This document shows, piece after piece, positions 19,630 through 28,625 of a DNA stretch of 64,000 nt; the first letter of the stretch is position 1, and every line of letters begins with the position of its first letter. Where the stretch lies: the NCBI GenBank assembly GCA_030697645.1, contig JAUYPI010000018.1, positions 10,457 to 74,456 on the forward strand, written 5' to 3'. A program made the translations under genes and the position numbers. Below the pieces are notes generated by a model that worked only from the letters and a program-made list of their open reading frames with translations, made no database searches and was not told where the DNA came from. This DNA comes from a bacterium. GTDB taxonomy: Bacteria; Patescibacteriota; Minisyncoccia; Phycocordibacterales; VMGT01.

Positions 19630-20130
19630 ATGGCGTTTCTCAGTGGGTTATGTAGCCGTTGTCCGGGTGTCCTCATTGGGAGCTATTGGTGCGCGCACCT
19701 AGCGTGGTCCTTGTGTTTGTGGGGCTCATTTTCGACATTCGACAGTACGTGGTGGCGCGACCTTGGGGCGCATGCGGTTTCTGGGGCCATGCTTCTACTG
19801 TCGTGGTACGTTGCCTTCGGCGAGCCGAGCCCGCTGCCCGGCTGGGCACGGCGTATGTGCGAGTGGTTTCTCGTCCATCATACGTATACACGGGCTGTCT
19901 TTTTTGCGATTGTCGAGGGTGTGGTGTGGGAGCTTTTCGAGTGGACTCTCGATCGTGTGCGGTTATCTCTACCATTCCATCTTGCGGCGGCGCAAGACGG
20001 TTGGACGGACACACTGCTCGATATCGCCGTGGCGATCCCGACCGCGATGCTCGCGATGGCTGCGATCAGATGGCATGAGCGGCGGCGTCGATCGGCGCGC
20101 GAGCCTGTGGCGGTATGCGCCGCACCCTAA
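19630..20130 (+). CDS. Hypothetical membrane protein
   Basis: GGAGGAGG RBS; D..AH, WELFE and DTLLD motifs; terminator follows. Confidence 0.7.
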   Translation: MAFLSGLCSRCPGVLIGSYWCAHLAWSLCLWGSFSTFDSTWWRDLGAHAVSGAMLLLSWYVAFGEPSPLPGWARRMCEWFLVHHTYTRAVFFAIVEGVVWELFEWTLDRVRLSLPFHLAAAQDGWTDTLLDIAVAIPTAMLAMAAIRWHERRRRSAREPVAVCAAP

Positions 20131-20243
20131 CCCCCCTACGTTTGGCGTAGGGGGTTTCGTCGTGGCTGCCCGCCAGGCTTGTGCACAGACCGCAAAGATT
20201 ATCGCGCGGGTTGTTTGGTATACTGTGTGTAAATATAGGATTG

Positions 20244-20372
20244 AATTTTCAATTTCTAATTTTCAATCAATTTTCAATTATTCAATTTTCAAACACGAAC
20301 GGCGCGCCACCGTCATTGGATCATTGTAACATTGAAAATTTATTGGAAATTGAAAATTGTAAATTGAAAATT
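20244..20372 (+). repeat. Family A element (A2) upstream of pilB
   Basis: Same arm-core-arm layout. Confidence 0.88.
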
Positions 20373-20376
20373 TTGT

Positions 20377-22143
20377 ATGCACATAGAGGACCCCCAGCTC
20401 ATTGAATTCATCGAAGACGCCGGGCTTGTCTCGCGTGCCGATCTCGACCGAGCGAAGACAGAGGCGACGAAAAAGAAAACACCCCTCGGCGACTTTCTGG
20501 TGACCGATGGCAAGATTACCGCGGATGACTTACGTCGCATCGAGGCCTATATTCTCGGCATACCCTTTGTAAGCTTGCATGACCAACCGCTTGACCAAGC
20601 GACGCTCGCCCTCGTGCCCGAGCCCATCGCACGCACGCACAATATCGTCGCGTTCCGCAAAGACGGCGAGACGCTCGAGGTTGCGATGCTCGACGTCGAA
20701 GACCTCGGAGCTATTGATTTCGTGAAGAAGAAGACCGGTCTCAAAATCCTGCCGCGCCTCACCGACAGCGTTTCGATCAAGGACGCGCTCAAGCTCTATC
20801 AGCGCGGGCTCCATGAGGAATTTGGGGAGCTTATTAAAACCGACACCGCCGCGCTGCCGGACATTAAAGCCGCCGCGGAGGATATAGGCGGGGGCGGCGA
20901 GCCGAAAAGCGAGGCAGACCTCAAGAAGCTCGCGGAGGATCTGCCGGTTATAAGAATTGTCGACACGCTCCTTAAGCACGCCGTGCTCCAAAATGCCTCG
21001 GACATCCACATCGAGCCGATGGAAAATCAGGTTCTCGTGCGCTATCGGATTGACGGCCTGCTTCGCGACGCGATGGTGCTCCCGCGGCACGCGGCGGAGA
21101 GCATTACGGCGCGTATCAAGGTGCTCGCGCAGCTGAAGCTCGACGAGAAGCGCCTGCCGCAGGACGGGCGCTTTAAGGTGGAGTCCGAGAGCGAGCGGGT
21201 GGCGATCCGCGTCTCGATCCTACCCACCTACTTTGGCGAGAAGACGGTGATGCGTCTCCTCAGAGAGAGCGTTCAGGGATACACACTCGAGGGGCTTGGC
21301 TTTCACGGTGCGGCGCTTGAGCAGGTGCACCATGCGCTCACCAAGACGACCGGGATGGTTCTCACCACAGGCCCCACTGGATCAGGTAAAACCACGACGC
21401 TCTATACCATGCTCGACATCCTAAATACTCCGGGCGTCAACATTTCGACCATTGAAGACCCGATCGAGTACCAGATGGCGCGCGTCAACCAAACGCAGGT
21501 TCGCCCCGAGATCGGGCTTACCTTTGCCTCGGGGTTGCGCACCCTCGTGCGGCAGGACCCAGACATCGTGATGGTCGGCGAGATACGCGACACTGAGACC
21601 GCAGGGCTTGCGATCAATGCCGCGCTTACCGGCCACCTCGTGCTCTCGACCTTGCACACAAACTCCGCTGCGGGCGCGATGCCGCGCTTGATTGATATGA
21701 AGGCCGAGCCGTTCCTTCTCGTTTCGACTCTCAACGTGGTGATCGCACAGCGGCTCGTGCGCCGCATCGGCAAAGAGCGGGAGAAACTATCCCTCACGAA
21801 GAACGACCTCGCGTCGCTCGAGAAGCACGTTAATCTCGATCGCATTCAGAAGCAGCTTGAGGAGGAGAGTGTGATACCGGAAGGCACGAAGTTCGACAAA
21901 ATCGCGTTCTACCGGCCGAAGCACCCCGATGCGCTGGAAGGTTATCAGGGACGTGCGGGCATTTACGAGGTGCTGGTCGTCACGCCGGCGATTAAAGAGC
22001 TCGTGATGCGCGGCGTCCCTTCCGATGAGATCGCGGCTCGTGCGCGGGCGGATGGGATGCTCACCATGTTTGAGGACGGGATCTTCAAAGCGGCGCAGGG
22101 GATAACGACGATAGAAGAGGTGCTCAGGGTAATATCAGAGTAG
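20377..22143 (+). CDS. pilB: Type IV pilus assembly ATPase PilB/GspE
   Basis: ASDIHIEP, GPTGSGKTTT, TIEDPIEY, RQDPD..MVGEIRD, TGHLVLSTLHTN. Confidence 0.93.
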   Translation: MHIEDPQLIEFIEDAGLVSRADLDRAKTEATKKKTPLGDFLVTDGKITADDLRRIEAYILGIPFVSLHDQPLDQATLALVPEPIARTHNIVAFRKDGETLEVAMLDVEDLGAIDFVKKKTGLKILPRLTDSVSIKDALKLYQRGLHEEFGELIKTDTAALPDIKAAAEDIGGGGEPKSEADLKKLAEDLPVIRIVDTLLKHAVLQNASDIHIEPMENQVLVRYRIDGLLRDAMVLPRHAAESITARIKVLAQLKLDEKRLPQDGRFKVESESERVAIRVSILPTYFGEKTVMRLLRESVQGYTLEGLGFHGAALEQVHHALTKTTGMVLTTGPTGSGKTTTLYTMLDILNTPGVNISTIEDPIEYQMARVNQTQVRPEIGLTFASGLRTLVRQDPDIVMVGEIRDTETAGLAINAALTGHLVLSTLHTNSAAGAMPRLIDMKAEPFLLVSTLNVVIAQRLVRRIGKEREKLSLTKNDLASLEKHVNLDRIQKQLEEESVIPEGTKFDKIAFYRPKHPDALEGYQGRAGIYEVLVVTPAIKELVMRGVPSDEIAARARADGMLTMFEDGIFKAAQGITTIEEVLRVISE

Positions 22144-22146
22144 GCA

Positions 22147-22274
22147 AATTTTCAATTTTCAATTTTGCAATTTTCAATCAATTTTGCAATGACTCAATTT
22201 TCAAACACGAACGACGTCGTCGTCATTGAGACGTTGAAAATTTATTGAAAATTGAAAATTGAGAATTGGAAATT
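22147..22274 (+). repeat. Family A element (A3)
   Basis: Same layout, fills the pilB-pilC gap. Confidence 0.88.
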
Positions 22275-22283
22275 GCGATAGCT

Positions 22284-23513
22284 ATGCCTTCCTTCACCTA
22301 CAAGGCCAAAAAAACCGACGGTGCCGAATACGACGGCACCTTCGACGGCGTTGATCGCTTCGCGCTCTTTCACCATATCCGCGAGGAGGGCGGCACGGTG
22401 GTCTCGTTTGAGGAGAAAGGAGGAGAGAAACGCCGTGCGTTCCATGTGAACCTCGAGTCGATTAACGCGTTTTTGAGCCGGGTCAGAGAGCACGATAAAA
22501 TTTCTCTCGCGAGGAACCTCGGCGCGATGCTATCCGCCGGGCTCTCCGTCTCCCGCGCGCTCGAGATTCTCGATCGCCAGATGCGGCACCCAGCGCTCCG
22601 GAGAGTCTTCGGGCACCTCCAGGGCTCAATCAGCGCCGGCAAAACGCTCCATGAGGGGCTCTCCGCGTTTCCGCGCGTGTTCCCGCCGCTTTTTATCGCG
22701 ATGGTGCGGGCAGGGGAGGAGAGCGGCGGGCTCGCACAGGCGCTCGCGCTCATTTCGACCCAGATGGAACAAACGTATCTTCTCAAAAAACGTATTCGCG
22801 GCGCAATGATGTACCCGACGATCGTCCTCTGCGCCATGGTAGCGGTTGGCGCGGCAATGATGGTCTATGTGGTGCCGACCCTCTCGGACACCTTTCGCGA
22901 ACTCAAGGTAGAACTTCCCACGAGTACGCGCATCATCATCGGCATTAGCGATTTTATGAAAGCGCACTATCTGCTTGCGTTTGGTGGAGCCGTAGCGGCA
23001 ATCGTGGGCTTTTTCGCGCTCCTCCGCACGCGTCTTGGTCGCCGCGCCAAGGAGATCGTCCTACTCTATACCCCGATCATTCGCCCCTTGGTCCAGGAGA
23101 CGAATGCCGCGCGCGTCGCCCGCACGCTCTCCTCGCTCCTCTCTGCCGGCGTGGCGATTACCCACGCCTTTGAGATTACTGCCGACGTGGTGCAGCACAG
23201 CTCATTTCGCGCCGTGCTCGTCGAGGCCGAGGGGCGAATTCAGAAAGGGACGTCGATTGCGGATGTGTTCCGCGCCGCCGAACATCTTTATCCGCCGTTC
23301 GTCTCCGAGATGATCGCGGTTGGCGAGGAGACAGGCGATCTCTCCGCAATGCTTGTGCGCGTCGCTGATTTCTACGAGGAGGAAGTATCGCGCAAGACCA
23401 AGGACATGTCAACGGTCATCGAACCGTTTCTTATGGTGACGATCGGCGCCGGCGTCGGCTTCTTTGCCGTGTCCATGATCCAGCCCATTTATTCGTTATC
23501 GTCGGCAATTTAG
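22284..23513 (+). CDS. pilC: Type IV pilus platform protein PilC/GspF
   Basis: AGEESG, MMYP, VGEETG, IEP repeats. Confidence 0.93.
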   Translation: MPSFTYKAKKTDGAEYDGTFDGVDRFALFHHIREEGGTVVSFEEKGGEKRRAFHVNLESINAFLSRVREHDKISLARNLGAMLSAGLSVSRALEILDRQMRHPALRRVFGHLQGSISAGKTLHEGLSAFPRVFPPLFIAMVRAGEESGGLAQALALISTQMEQTYLLKKRIRGAMMYPTIVLCAMVAVGAAMMVYVVPTLSDTFRELKVELPTSTRIIIGISDFMKAHYLLAFGGAVAAIVGFFALLRTRLGRRAKEIVLLYTPIIRPLVQETNAARVARTLSSLLSAGVAITHAFEITADVVQHSSFRAVLVEAEGRIQKGTSIADVFRAAEHLYPPFVSEMIAVGEETGDLSAMLVRVADFYEEEVSRKTKDMSTVIEPFLMVTIGAGVGFFAVSMIQPIYSLSSAI

Positions 23514-23539
23514 GTTTGTATAGCGCAAAGTGCTGCTAG

Positions 23540-23657
23540 AATTTTCAATTTACAATTTTCAATTTTCATTAAATTTTCAATTCCTCAATTTTCAAACACG
23601 AACGACGCCGCCGGCATTGAATCATTGACACATTGAAAATTGCAAAATTGAAAATTT
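23540..23657 (+). repeat. Family A element (A4)
   Basis: Same layout. Confidence 0.88.
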
Positions 23658-23714
23658 AAGATACGGCGAGCACTTTGGTTTTGGCATGTGATATTAGTGC
23701 GACTACCAGTATTT

Positions 23715-24161
23715 ATGCGCGGTTTCACTTTAATTGAAATTCTTATCTCTGTTGCAGTCATTGCGATTCTCGCAAGCATTGCGACAATCTCGTTTACGGG
23801 CCTCCGCGAGCGGCAGGCGCTTTCAATCGGCGTCGAGGAGGTGCGCACACTCCTCTCTCGTGCCCGGGCGCGCACGCTTGCCGCGGAAGATGACAGCGTT
23901 TTCGGGCTCCACATAACCACTTCATCAGTCACGCTTTTTCGGGGTGTGACGTACAATCCTGCTGCAGGAGACAATGAACTGCATGTGCTCGATTCGCTCG
24001 TGACGATTTCCGCCCACGCACTTGCTGGCGGCGGCGCGGACGTGGTATTCGACAAACGAACTGGGATGACGAGTGATTACGGTACGATAACGGTGGCTCT
24101 CGCGAGTGACGTGAGCGAGAATAAGGTCATCACGATTGCGCAGACGGGGCTTGTGGAATAG
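23715..24161 (+). CDS. Type IV minor pilin (FimT/GspH-like)
   Basis: RG|FTLIE prepilin cleavage motif. Confidence 0.88.
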   Translation: MRGFTLIEILISVAVIAILASIATISFTGLRERQALSIGVEEVRTLLSRARARTLAAEDDSVFGLHITTSSVTLFRGVTYNPAAGDNELHVLDSLVTISAHALAGGGADVVFDKRTGMTSDYGTITVALASDVSENKVITIAQTGLVE

Positions 24162-24190
24162 CGAAATGGCCAAGGCAGCTGGTCGGGCCG

Positions 24191-24308
24191 AATTTTCAAT
24201 TTACAATTTTCAATCAATTTTCAATTACCCAATTCTCAAACACGACGCCGTCCGTAATTGAGTCATTGAAACATTGAAAATTTATTGAAAATTGAGAATT
24301 GGAAATTT
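24191..24308 (+). repeat. Family A element (A5)
   Basis: Same layout. Confidence 0.88.
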
Positions 24309-24318
24309 AATTGCGGTT

Positions 24319-25365
24319 ATGTTGCTTACTACCAAGCCACCACGGGGCTTCAGCCTCGTTGAGGTCGTCGTCGGTTCCGCCATCATTCTCATCGTGCTCG
24401 GCGGGCTTATTGCCGCGTTCACTCGCTACGCAGCGACGCTTTTCCGCACTACCGATCGGGTACAAGCAACGTATCTTGCCGAGGAGGGGATTGAAGTGGC
24501 GCGTATCCTCCGCGACGCGAGCTGGACCAGCTTTGCCGCGCTCACGCTCGATACGCCGTACCGGCTCGCGCTCTCAAGCGGCGTGTGGGAGGCGACGACA
24601 AGCGAGGCGCTCATTGATGGCGCGTTTGATCGCACGATGACGCTTCAGAGCGTGTATCGGCGGACGAGCGATAGTGATATCGTTGCGTCAACCTCGCTCG
24701 CGAGCAAGGCGATCGACCCCGACGCGCGGTACGTTTTAGTGCGCCTCAGCTGGAGCCCGCTGCCGTTCTCCGAGGCCTCTGCGGAGGCATTTGAGGCAGG
24801 CTCCACAGACGGGGATCTTGGGGGCTTTCCGTCAAATAACGGCGGCAATGGCGACATCGCGCAGGGTTTCACCGTGCCTGCCGGGAGCGACATCGTGGTG
24901 CCGCGCGTGGAGCTTTATCTGCGTCGTGTAACCGCCGCACCATCTGATTTGTACCTTGAAATCCGAAGCGGCTCGACGGTAGGGCCCGTCGTTGCGACGT
25001 CCGCGACGCTTGATGGCGCGTCCCTGCCTGCGACACTGTTGTGGACTTCATTTACTTTTCCGACACGGCCGACGCTCACCGGGGGCGTTCTCTACCACCT
25101 GCGCCTTCGGAGTGATCCCGATTCGACCGTCGCATTTTCCGGTTCGATCGGAACGATTCATTGGGGCTATCTACAGGCTGACCCGAGCCCCTACGGAGGC
25201 GGCATCGCGCGACGATACGTTGGACGTCTTGGGAATCCACTGGACGAAGGTCAGGCGCTCGATCAGTACGACTTTTCGTTTCGTGTCTACAAGGAAGTGC
25301 CGGGCGGTTTTGCTGAGGCAATCGAGTACACGACACACCTTGTGAATTTGTTTGAGACACCGTAG
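24319..25365 (+). CDS. PilV-like minor pilin with an inserted extracellular domain
   Basis: RG|FSLVE; A.YLAEEGIE. Confidence 0.8.
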   Translation: MLLTTKPPRGFSLVEVVVGSAIILIVLGGLIAAFTRYAATLFRTTDRVQATYLAEEGIEVARILRDASWTSFAALTLDTPYRLALSSGVWEATTSEALIDGAFDRTMTLQSVYRRTSDSDIVASTSLASKAIDPDARYVLVRLSWSPLPFSEASAEAFEAGSTDGDLGGFPSNNGGNGDIAQGFTVPAGSDIVVPRVELYLRRVTAAPSDLYLEIRSGSTVGPVVATSATLDGASLPATLLWTSFTFPTRPTLTGGVLYHLRLRSDPDSTVAFSGSIGTIHWGYLQADPSPYGGGIARRYVGRLGNPLDEGQALDQYDFSFRVYKEVPGGFAEAIEYTTHLVNLFETP

Positions 25366-25368
25366 GCG

Positions 25369-25660
25369 AAATTTTCAATTTTCAATTTTGCAATTTTCAA
25401 TAAATTTTCAATGAATCAATTTTCAAACACGTAACCACTCACCTTCGTACACAACCGCGTAACAAAGCCGTCATTGCGAGGAGCAAGATCCCTTCGCTTC
25501 GCTCGGGACAGGCTCCGCAATTCAGAGTCAGTACGTAAAACCCCTGGATTGCTTCGCTCCTTTTAGTCGCTCGCAAAGACGGGCGTGAGTGATTACTCAA
25601 ACACGAACGGTGCCGTGGTCATTGAGACATTGAACCATTGAAAATTGCAAATTGAAAATT
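25369..25660 (+). repeat. Family A element (A6) interrupted by a nested MITE
   Basis: Left arm 25369-25430; core and right arm 25597-25660. Confidence 0.85.
25431..25596. mobile_element. MITE with TIR GTAAYCACTCAC and 8-bp TSD TCAAACAC
   Basis: TIRs match 11/12; TCAAACAC at 25423-30 and 25597-604; internal GTCATTGCGAG...CTCGCAAAGAC palindrome. Confidence 0.8.
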
Positions 25661-26191
25661 ATGCGAGATTTCCAACATCCAAAACTCGGTCAGACATTGA
25701 TTGAACTACTCGTCTATGCTGCGCTCGTGGTCATCATTGGCGGTATCGTGACGACGATGCTTGTCGCGATGCAGCGCGCGATTGCGCAGACGCTTGTTGC
25801 GCGCCGCGTTCAGGCGACGGCCGCAGTGGTACTTGAGCGCATCGTGCGCGACGCGCGAGTGGCCCATGACATTGACGAGCTCGCGAGTACGCTTGGCGTG
25901 CATCCCGGGCGTGTGACCCTGCTCGTTCGTGATGAGGGCGGCGGGCCGGATGTCGCGTACGCCTTCGAGGCGGTAGCGTCAGCGCTCGAAGTGCGGCGCA
26001 ACGGCGTGCTTGAAGGATCCCTGACGCCCGACACCGTTTCGGTTGCGAATCTTGTTTTTCGGGAAGTCGTAACGCCGGTGTCGGAGGCGCTCCGCATCGA
26101 GCTCACGCTGCATGCGGAGCAGGGGCGGGCGTCGAGTACGGAGAAATTTTATGTAACTACCGTTTTGCGGGATTCGTATCAGTTGGAGTAA
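25661..26191 (+). CDS. PilW/GspJ-like minor pilin
   Basis: G|QTLIELL motif; LERIVRDAR. Confidence 0.8.
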   Translation: MRDFQHPKLGQTLIELLVYAALVVIIGGIVTTMLVAMQRAIAQTLVARRVQATAAVVLERIVRDARVAHDIDELASTLGVHPGRVTLLVRDEGGGPDVAYAFEAVASALEVRRNGVLEGSLTPDTVSVANLVFREVVTPVSEALRIELTLHAEQGRASSTEKFYVTTVLRDSYQLE

Positions 26192-26213
26192 TCGTATGTC
26201 TTCGTGTGTGAAA

Positions 26214-26327
26214 AAATTTTTAATTATCAATTTTGCAATTTTCAATCAATTTTCAATTACCCAATTTTCAAACACGACGCCGTCGTCATTGAGTCATTGA
26301 AACATTGAAAATTGTAAATTGAAAATT
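26214..26327 (+). repeat. Family A element (A7)
   Basis: Same layout; right arm abuts the next ATG. Confidence 0.88.
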
Positions 26328-27617
26328 ATGACATACCTGCAATCTCAAAACCGCGGCGCCGCTCTCACTCTCGCCGTTCTGATGCTCACCGCCGCCATGA
26401 TTCTCGTCGTCGGCGGCGTGATGTTCCCTGCGCTTCACGCGATCCGCTCCGCGCACGAGTTCACGCGCTCCGAGGACAGTTTTTTTCATGCTGAAGGATT
26501 GCTTGAGGACGTGCTCTATCGGATGCGCGAAGACGTCGACGTGGATACGCTCGAGGTTTTCTCGGAGAGCGGCCGCGTCGCCACCGCAACGGTAACAGCA
26601 GTGGGGACGCTCCAGGAGATCGTCTCACGTGGTGAGCGACTGCGCTCAGTGCGTAAGGTGCGCGCGCTTCTTGATATCGGCAGCGGTGGCGCGGTGTTTA
26701 ACTTCGGCATTCAAGCAGGCGATGGCGGTGTTGATCTCGATAACAACGCGAGCGTTATAGGCAATGTCTATTCAAATGGTCCAATAGTAGGCGAAGGCCT
26801 CAACGACATTACGGGCTCAGCCGTTTCAGCGAGTACAACGGGGCTTATAGACGACATTCATACCGGAGCGGATGCGTTCGCACACATGATCAAAGATTCC
26901 CTCGTTGACGGCGATGCCTACTATCAGATCATAACCGGCACGACTGTCACCGGCACGCCTTTCGATGAGAGTCCGGATCAAGCGACGAGCACGCTCCCCA
27001 TAAGTGACGCGATGGTAGCAGACTGGGAGGCGGACGCTGTCTTGGGCGGCACACTCGTGTGCAATAGCGGATCAGAGCATAAAATTACAAGCGATACGAC
27101 ACTTGGCCCGGTAAAAATTCCCTGCGATCTTGAGATTTCCGGCAATACGACGATCACACTTCGCGGCGTGGTGTGGGTCGAGGGAGATATGAATGTTCAG
27201 AATAATTCTATTATCCGCGTCGATCCTTCTTTGGGCGCGAAGAGCGTGCCAATTATCGCTGACAAGCCGTCGAGTCCTCTCACCAAAGGAAAGGTGATAC
27301 TGCAAAACCACGCCACGTTCCAAGGATCTGGAGTGGGTAACTCATATGTATTAGTCCTCTCGCAGCATGCTTCGAGCGGTTGTGGGGGCACACCGGCGAT
27401 TGATGCCAAAAATTTTGCGACCGGCGACCTCCTCGTCTACGCTGGCCATGGTGAGGTATTGATTGAGGACAACATTAATCTCAAAGAAGTGACCGCAAAC
27501 TGCGTGCACGCAAAGAACAGTGCTCAGGTTGTCTACGAAGGCGGACTTGCAACGCTCCTTTTTGTTACCGGCCCCAGCGGCGGCTATATCATCTCAAGCT
27601 GGCGGGAGGAGGAGTAG
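26328..27617 (+). CDS. PilX-like minor pilin with a beta-rich C-terminus
   Basis: NRG|AAL (no E5), FFHAEG, C-terminal SWREE. Confidence 0.78.
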   Translation: MTYLQSQNRGAALTLAVLMLTAAMILVVGGVMFPALHAIRSAHEFTRSEDSFFHAEGLLEDVLYRMREDVDVDTLEVFSESGRVATATVTAVGTLQEIVSRGERLRSVRKVRALLDIGSGGAVFNFGIQAGDGGVDLDNNASVIGNVYSNGPIVGEGLNDITGSAVSASTTGLIDDIHTGADAFAHMIKDSLVDGDAYYQIITGTTVTGTPFDESPDQATSTLPISDAMVADWEADAVLGGTLVCNSGSEHKITSDTTLGPVKIPCDLEISGNTTITLRGVVWVEGDMNVQNNSIIRVDPSLGAKSVPIIADKPSSPLTKGKVILQNHATFQGSGVGNSYVLVLSQHASSGCGGTPAIDAKNFATGDLLVYAGHGEVLIEDNINLKEVTANCVHAKNSAQVVYEGGLATLLFVTGPSGGYIISSWREEE

Positions 27618-27695
27618 GTGGGCGAATTTCCAATTTCCAATAACCAATTTCCAAACAATTTTGCTTCAGCGTGCCGCGTGCGCTACACTGGGGCC

Positions 27696-28469
27696 ATGGC
27701 GGCAGGCAGACAATACTTTCTCGTTGCAAACTGGAAGCTTCACCCGGCGCGGATGGCCGAGGCGAAGATGCTCGCGGGTATTGCAAAGAAGCGGGCGAAT
27801 CGCTGCACTCGCGTGCTGAGCGTAATTTGTCCGCCCGCGATTTTTCTCGCGGAGCTTGCCGCACGCTACAGCTCGCAGAGGCTCTCCTTCGGCGCGCAGG
27901 ATTGCTTTTTTGAAGAGCGCGGCGCATTCACCGGAGAAATCGCGGCGCAGATGATTAAAGACGTGCGGGGGCAGTATGTGATTCTCGGCCACTCGGAGCG
28001 CCGCGCACTCGGTGAGACTGACGAGACGGTTAGTAAGAAAGTACGCGCCGCGCTCGGCGCGGGGCTCACCGCAGTGCTCTGCATCGGCGAGCGCGAGCGG
28101 GACGATGAGGGTCGCTACCTCGCGTTTCTCGAAAGCCAGCTTGGGGCGGCGCTCGCAGGGCTCTCGCGGCAGAAGCTCGGCAAGCTCATGGTCGCCTACG
28201 AGCCGATCTGGGCTATTGGGAAGGGCGCGGAGAGCGCAATGGGTCCGCACGACATGCACGAAACTTCGCTTTTTATCCGGAAAGTTCTTCGCGAGCGCTA
28301 TGGCGAGAGAGCGGCGTTTGCCGTGCCCATACTCTACGGCGGATCAGTCGCACCGGAGAACGCGGCAGCGATTGTGCGGGACGGCGAAGTCCAAGGCCTC
28401 CTCGTGGGCCATAAGTCGCTTGACCCGAAGGCATTCGGGGAGATTATGGGAGAGCTTGACAGCATTTGA
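27696..28469 (+). CDS. tpiA: Triosephosphate isomerase
   Basis: ANWK, GHSERR, AYEPIWAIG, LYGGSV. Confidence 0.96.
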   Translation: MAAGRQYFLVANWKLHPARMAEAKMLAGIAKKRANRCTRVLSVICPPAIFLAELAARYSSQRLSFGAQDCFFEERGAFTGEIAAQMIKDVRGQYVILGHSERRALGETDETVSKKVRAALGAGLTAVLCIGERERDDEGRYLAFLESQLGAALAGLSRQKLGKLMVAYEPIWAIGKGAESAMGPHDMHETSLFIRKVLRERYGERAAFAVPILYGGSVAPENAAAIVRDGEVQGLLVGHKSLDPKAFGEIMGELDSI

Positions 28470-28493
28470 TCCTCAATCATCAGGCGTTGTCAG

Positions 28494-28625
28494 AATTTTC
28501 AATGCTCAATTTTCAATTTTCAATCAATTTTCAATTACTCAATTTTCAAACACGACGCAGCCCGTCTTTGAATCATTGGGACATTGAAAATTTATTGGAA
28601 ATTGGAAATTGGAAATTGGAAATTT
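28494..28625 (+). repeat. Family A element (A8) overlapping the pgk start
   Basis: Same layout with TTGGAAA x4 right arm. Confidence 0.85.

Noticed and set aside
20244-28625. Recurrent intergenic repeats as a CRISPR array or integron attC sites
   Set aside because: Repeats are degenerate, over 100 bp and separated by whole genes; no cas or integrase gene and no RYYYAAC/GTTRRRY cores seen.
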